Shown here in pieces: positions 59,060-64,000 of a stretch of DNA of 64,000 nt. The translations under genes were made by a program, and so were the position numbers. Each line of letters begins with the position of its first letter. The stretch's first letter is position 1. Source of the DNA: Candidatus Tritonobacter lacicola (lineage in GTDB: Bacteria; Auribacterota; Tritonobacteria; Tritonobacterales; Tritonobacteraceae); the NCBI GenBank assembly GCA_030765135.1, contig JAVCDC010000145.1, forward strand, positions 7,175 through 71,174. The letters are read 5' to 3'. The notes under the pieces were generated by a model. That model searched no databases, had not been told where the DNA came from, and saw only the letters and a list, made by a program, of their open reading frames with translations.

Positions 59060-59404
59060 ATGAGATATTTCTGGATATCGCTTCTCATGATGCCGATGAT
59101 GCTCTCCGCCACATCCGCGCTCGGACAATTGATAGAGGTACGTGATGAAGAGGATGCTTTTTCGGATCGGATAGAGCGATCAGATGAAACAAAAGAGCAG
59201 GTGGAATCAACGAAACCGCACGTCACTCTTCATCCCGGGCCCGAGGGCAGTCCTGCTGATGCCCGGCAGCTCCTCAAAGACAGGCTCGAGGTGCTTCAGC
59301 ACAATCGGGTAATCGCCGTACAGCAGAAAAAGCCAGCGGTTGAAATCGCAAAATTCGACGCTCAGATCAAGGATATCCAGCAGCAGCTGACCGCCTACCA
59401 ATAA
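59060..59404 (+). CDS. Hypothetical secreted protein
   Basis: GGAGG RBS, signal peptide, coiled coil. Confidence 0.65.
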   Translation: MRYFWISLLMMPMMLSATSALGQLIEVRDEEDAFSDRIERSDETKEQVESTKPHVTLHPGPEGSPADARQLLKDRLEVLQHNRVIAVQQKKPAVEIAKFDAQIKDIQQQLTAYQ

Positions 59405-59827
59405 TATATAACGGATGAGTCGAGAGCAGCGGCCGTGGCCAGCGGGACGGGCATTGTCGCCGGTCGCTGTGCTCGAGTCGCCGGATTGTGGGTTATTTCG
59501 AATTTCCACCAGGGTCCTCTCGGTTTTCTTTTTCTTAGCCTTGTGGGCGTGACATTCGAGCCGTGTGATACGGAAAGCCTGCCCTGTACGTTATCTACCT
59601 GAGGTAAGGGAAGAACGTCGGTGGATGGAAGACTGCGCAAAAGGCGAGAAAACCTTGGGAAGCCCTCAGAGCGCAGTATGTAATTATATTTCCACTATAA
59701 GTCGATATGTAAGCATTTTTCTTATGGTGCGATGGTACTTGGCCTGCGAGTCTGTAATTATTTCTCTTGATTTGCGCTATATTATAACGATAATTCTTGT
59801 ATTGTAATCGTTTTTCCGGAGGAAGCA

Positions 59828-61360
59828 ATGCTTGAAACCAATAAGGATAAATCGACATACAGACTTGCAGGATATGCGGCGCTTATCGAGCGTTACGACC
59901 TCGATGTCATCCCGAACTGGCACAAGTCCCTGGTGACAACCAGCGGAATCCGCCGAATAGACTCAATCAGAGGTGTCATCGAGGAGGTCTACCCATCCAA
60001 GTACTGGCCAGGGGATACGCTGGGAGATCATCTTGAATTCGCGCTTAAGTATGACGGGACGAACCTCGCGATCCTTGCCGGCTTATTTCAGAAGGCAGGT
60101 GAGGAAGCTCTCCTTGAATATGTCCGTTCCAAACCGACGGGTAAATATGCCAGGCGGTTGTGGTTCTTTTTCGAGTTTCTGACGGGCAAGACACTCCCGC
60201 TGGATAACCTGAAGCAAGGTAACTACATCGATCTGCTCGAACCGGATGAATACTATACGGTCACCACGGCTCGCCAAGTTCGACGTCAACGGGTCAACGA
60301 TAACTTGCTGGGTGACAGCCGCTTCTGCCCGATGGTTCGTAGCACCGATACCCTTCGCGCCTTTGAAACGGCCGACTTGCCCAAGCGATGCCGGCAAGTA
60401 GTGTCCAGCTATTCTCCGGAATTGTTGAAGCGGGCGCTCGTGTACCTTTACACCAAGGAGACGAAATCGTCCTTCGAGATCGAACATATTAAGCCTACTT
60501 CAACCCGGACCGAGCGCTTCGTGGCACTGCTTCAAATGGCGGAACAAGAGAACTTCTGCCGGAAAACGCTATTGATCGAGGTTCAGAACCGCATTGTCGA
60601 TGCACGATTCCGCGATTCCGATTACCGGCTAAGTCAGAATTATGTCGGCGAGACGGTCGCCTGGCAGAAGGGAAAAATCCACTTCGTGTGTCCGAAGCCT
60701 GAAGACCTGGCCGACCTGATGGGAGGCCTGATCGACGCCCACCAGCGCATGGAAGAGGGTGGAGTGTCCGCAGTGATTCACGCCGCCACCGTCGCCTATG
60801 GATTTGTTTTTCTGCACCCGTTCGAGGACGGCAATGGTCGAATCCACCGCTTTTTGATCCACAACATCCTCGCCCGAAGAGGCTTCACACCCGAAGGCGT
60901 CATGTTTCCCATTTCAGCGTCCATGCTGAAAAATCCCGCCGACTATGACGCCTCTCTGGAAGCGTTCTCCCGGCAGATCATGCCTTTGGTGGAATACTCG
61001 CTCGATGAAGACAGCCGTATGACCGTTTATAATGATACGGCCATATGGTACCGCTATATCGATATGACGCCCCAGGCGGAGGCGCTTTTCCGTTTCATAG
61101 ATCAGACCATCGATACCGAACTCGCCGGCGAATTGTCGTTTCTTGCCAATTACGACAAGACCAAGAAAGCCATCCAGGAGATCGTGGACATGCCCGACCG
61201 GCAGATCGATCTCTTTATTCGCTTCTGCCTGCAAAACAATGGGCGACTCTCCGCACGGAAATGTGCAAGTCACTTCGATTTTCTTACGGAGGAAGAAATC
61301 GCTTCGCTCGAACAGGCCGTTCAATCCGCCTACGTAAACACCATTTCAAGTGATGGATGA
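59828..61360 (+). CDS. Fic family protein
   Basis: HPFEDGNGRIHR motif; ETKSSFEIE. Confidence 0.93.
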   Translation: MLETNKDKSTYRLAGYAALIERYDLDVIPNWHKSLVTTSGIRRIDSIRGVIEEVYPSKYWPGDTLGDHLEFALKYDGTNLAILAGLFQKAGEEALLEYVRSKPTGKYARRLWFFFEFLTGKTLPLDNLKQGNYIDLLEPDEYYTVTTARQVRRQRVNDNLLGDSRFCPMVRSTDTLRAFETADLPKRCRQVVSSYSPELLKRALVYLYTKETKSSFEIEHIKPTSTRTERFVALLQMAEQENFCRKTLLIEVQNRIVDARFRDSDYRLSQNYVGETVAWQKGKIHFVCPKPEDLADLMGGLIDAHQRMEEGGVSAVIHAATVAYGFVFLHPFEDGNGRIHRFLIHNILARRGFTPEGVMFPISASMLKNPADYDASLEAFSRQIMPLVEYSLDEDSRMTVYNDTAIWYRYIDMTPQAEALFRFIDQTIDTELAGELSFLANYDKTKKAIQEIVDMPDRQIDLFIRFCLQNNGRLSARKCASHFDFLTEEEIASLEQAVQSAYVNTISSDG

Positions 61361-61868
61361 GGAATGTGGGGGCATGCGACTTCTGCTGATCAGCGACACC
61401 CACGACAAGCGATGAGGGAGCGACCGGAGCACGCATCTTCGTTTCCCGTGTCAGCCCGGGGAAGGAGCCCTTCGCGGAACTCGTCGGGGCCCGGACAAAG
61501 GCCGACTTCACCATCAGCGGATTGAATTTTGGCTCCCCTTCGTGGACTCATTTAGAACCTGGTTGACTCTACCCCCATGGGAGAGAGATCCTGTTTTTAA
61601 AGGAGTTGCTGTGCCGTTTCGCCCGCAATATGCCGCAGCGCGACATCTTGCACCTAATCGTTAAGCCTTTCCTCGGGCGCAAGCGTGGGGCAACAAAGGC
61701 GGAACTGATGTCGCGTGAGGAATGAATCGAAGGCAGGGCGCCTTCGAATGTAAGTACAACCCGTCCCGCCCGTGAGCGTCTCCGATAATATTTGGATGTT
61801 TTTCTTGCGGCGGTGGCGAATTATATTCTGGTAGAACTTGGCCCTAAGTCTGTGGCCTTAAAATCCTC

Positions 61869-62057
61869 TCACGAGAGAGATGTTTCATCGCCCGGACTGA
61901 TCTCTTCCTCCCCGGGCCCTTTCTCCTGTGCCAGGTCGTCAACGTTCGCAACCCTCTTCCTCCTGCCATGCCGGCGGGCCATTTTCTCCTGAGCTTTTTG
62001 CTTGCGCTTGAGCTCCTTCTGCCGTTTCGCGAAACTCTCTACACCGCGTTTTCCCAA
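61869..62057 (-). CDS. Small basic hypothetical protein
   Basis: GGAGGAG RBS, TTG start; SFAKRQKELKRKQKAQEK. Confidence 0.6.
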   Translation of the reverse strand: MGKRGVESFAKRQKELKRKQKAQEKMARRHGRRKRVANVDDLAQEKGPGEEEISPGDETSLS

Positions 62058-62197
62058 AGCACTCCTCCCTTCGTGGACTTTATTTAAAATACCATACCCA
62101 TGGATATGCTACAAACTAATGCGTAGATGCAGAAATAGAGGGGATGGAGTTAAATAGTCAAGTTCTTGTAGACCGTGGAACCTCAACTCGCTAAGTG

Positions 62198-62241
62198 CAA
62201 AAACGAGAAAGGCCCTGTTTTCAGGGCCTTTCTCGTTTTTG
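62198..62241. terminator. Strong hairpin / bidirectional terminator
   Basis: caaaaacgagaaaggccctg-tttt-cagggcctttctcgtttttg. Confidence 0.8.
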
Positions 62242-62425
62242 CTCCCCGAACGGGTCAAAAGGTAGAACTTTTAAGGCTGTATTTGAGCTCCCTATAAGGG
62301 AAAAGAGGCCCAAAAAGGGCAAATCCAAGCCACCACGGCTATACTGGAACCCCATTTCCCTCGCCAGTGAAAGGCAAGAGGTCCTAGAAAATGGGGGATA
62401 TCCTTCTCAAGCGGACCTTGCATGA
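62241..62425 (+). pseudogene. Truncated MGE-associated HTH gene relic
   Basis: RLYWNPISLASERQEVLENGGYPSQADLA* stops at the first HTH helix; homologous to 45013-45264. Confidence 0.6.
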
Positions 62426-62480
62426 ATATTTCATTGATGTCAGTAATCGAGGTTTGACCTAATCTCCTGCTGCAGTGTAA

Positions 62481-63893
62481 TCAATCAATGGGCCAGTCAA
62501 CTATGCTTACAAATCCATATCCCCCTTTAGCAGAACGTTTTAATTCTACTATTAGTCCAACCGACTGCCCTTTTTCCGGGGAATAGTATTTGTTCCACGG
62601 TGGTGAATCGGTGATAAAGACACCATAATTACCTTGAGCAAGAACCCAATCCTGCCTGGTAGTCACCTTCGTTACTGGATTAATCTCCGGGGAAGATGAA
62701 CCTGCGATTCCAGTTATGAAGATCACCTTATCAATAAAATCATCAGGTTTTTTCAAAATGAATTCCAATGACTCACTCGGTTCTCCTATCAAGATAGCTT
62801 GTTGGTTATTAGATTCTTGTACATTTATCTTAATTGAGCTTGAGCTCTCGCAGAGGCGCGCTATCCCACCTTTGAAATAAGCGAGATATTTTTCGTCCGG
62901 CATAATGCAATGTACAAAACATGAAAATGCACCCGGTGGAAGCTCTAACTCAACGTTCTTTCCGGGTGCCGCGAAGCATTTCCCCACAATATTATTGTTG
63001 TCTTTGACTTCTATAAGATACCCAACACTCGGATCGATATGACCCCACTTCAATACAAATGAGCCCTCCTTATTTTTCACCACCCTGAGGTTCTTGACTT
63101 TTAGTTCTTTCTTGACAGCATTTTCATTTCGATATTTTGACAAGGCCCACCGTGCGGGTTTATCCACAGCATTATCTAAACCAACCAGTTCCATTAAATA
63201 GACCTCTGTTTGATCGCCGGCAACTTTAGCCAGAAACTTTACTGCAAGACCTCGATCATCGGGGTTATATCCCTTGTTAACCGCCAGCTCAAACAGAAGG
63301 GGAGCGACTTTTTCCGAGCCTAATTCGCCGAGGCTGAGAATCGCGGCCGCACACACTTCTTCATCAACGCTTCCTGTTAATTTCTCCAATAAGGGGGTAG
63401 ACTCATGGACCTTGTTTTCGGCGAGATCAAATAAAAGCCTTCTCCTTAAATCGACTCCAAGATCTCCTGATTGAGCAAGTTCGAGATAATGCGACCATCC
63501 AAAATGACCATCAACTTTCCGGAAGGCTGCGAGTGTATCTTGCACATCAATATCAGCAATAATGAGAGAGGTGAAAAATTGCGCCACATCCTCATCCGGA
63601 TAATTACCTAAGGCACGAATAATTGACGATTTTGCTCCATCAGGCGCCTGGGCAAAAGATGTAAGCAAAGCATTCTTTGCAGCATCTGTTCCCTCATTAG
63701 CGAGTAAGTTTGCGGCCTGCGTCCAGTTTTGTTCACCTGCTTTTGCGTCCTGAAGGATGTCTCTTAATTGTTTGTTGTCAGGTGGAGAATCCAGAAGATT
63801 TATTCCAGTGGACTGGGCCAACGAAATACTGCACAAAGTAAAAATAATCAAACAACCTGCCATATCGCGGATTATGGGGGGGGGAAATTTCAT
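62481..63893 (-). CDS. Secreted HEAT-repeat protein, low GC
   Basis: Signal peptide; AAILSLGELG and IIRALGNY HEAT-like units. Confidence 0.75.
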   Translation of the reverse strand: MKFPPPIIRDMAGCLIIFTLCSISLAQSTGINLLDSPPDNKQLRDILQDAKAGEQNWTQAANLLANEGTDAAKNALLTSFAQAPDGAKSSIIRALGNYPDEDVAQFFTSLIIADIDVQDTLAAFRKVDGHFGWSHYLELAQSGDLGVDLRRRLLFDLAENKVHESTPLLEKLTGSVDEEVCAAAILSLGELGSEKVAPLLFELAVNKGYNPDDRGLAVKFLAKVAGDQTEVYLMELVGLDNAVDKPARWALSKYRNENAVKKELKVKNLRVVKNKEGSFVLKWGHIDPSVGYLIEVKDNNNIVGKCFAAPGKNVELELPPGAFSCFVHCIMPDEKYLAYFKGGIARLCESSSSIKINVQESNNQQAILIGEPSESLEFILKKPDDFIDKVIFITGIAGSSSPEINPVTKVTTRQDWVLAQGNYGVFITDSPPWNKYYSPEKGQSVGLIVELKRSAKGGYGFVSIVDWPID

Positions 63894-64000
63894 ATGTAAG
63901 TCTTCAAAACCTTTCGGACTACATAGGACGATTTCTAAGAGACAGTTTTGCTAGCACGCTCTCCATATGGTTAGATTATAGCCCTTTTCTCAGGTTGTAG

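Overview
A GC-rich bacterial chromosome segment; the outer-membrane factor and secretin genes point to a diderm host. No rRNA, intact tRNA or CRISPR array was seen. 1-11 kb: GTP-dependent PEP carboxykinase (5' end off-window), Trk/Ktr K+ uptake, YbaB/EbfC, an XRE regulator, and LemA with two DUF2207 paralogues plus a NolW-like gene. 11-27 kb is one long minus-strand run: an orphan secretin, a glutamate decarboxylase (GadB/GadC) locus preceded by two apparently exported amidohydrolases, ArgF, a GGDEF protein, and an enolase-family plus alpha/beta-hydrolase pair. 27-45 kb: RND tripartite efflux, an MscK-like channel, small hydrolases and an ArsR-permease-thioredoxin-CcdA operon. From about 45 kb to the end is an island-like, decayed region. 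It opens with a displaced tRNA-Asn-like 3' end and holds gene fragments, a 43-bp perfect direct repeat, DUF2092 modules, a GNAT/B12-radical-SAM/ABC cassette, RAYT and recombinase relics, Fic and a HEAT-repeat protein. Best candidates for undescribed systems: (1) the exported amidohydrolase pair linked to GadBC, (2) the radical-SAM export cassette bracketed by the 43-bp repeat, (3) RAYT-type ends enclosing a passenger gene. All family calls come from motif recognition by eye, with no database searches.
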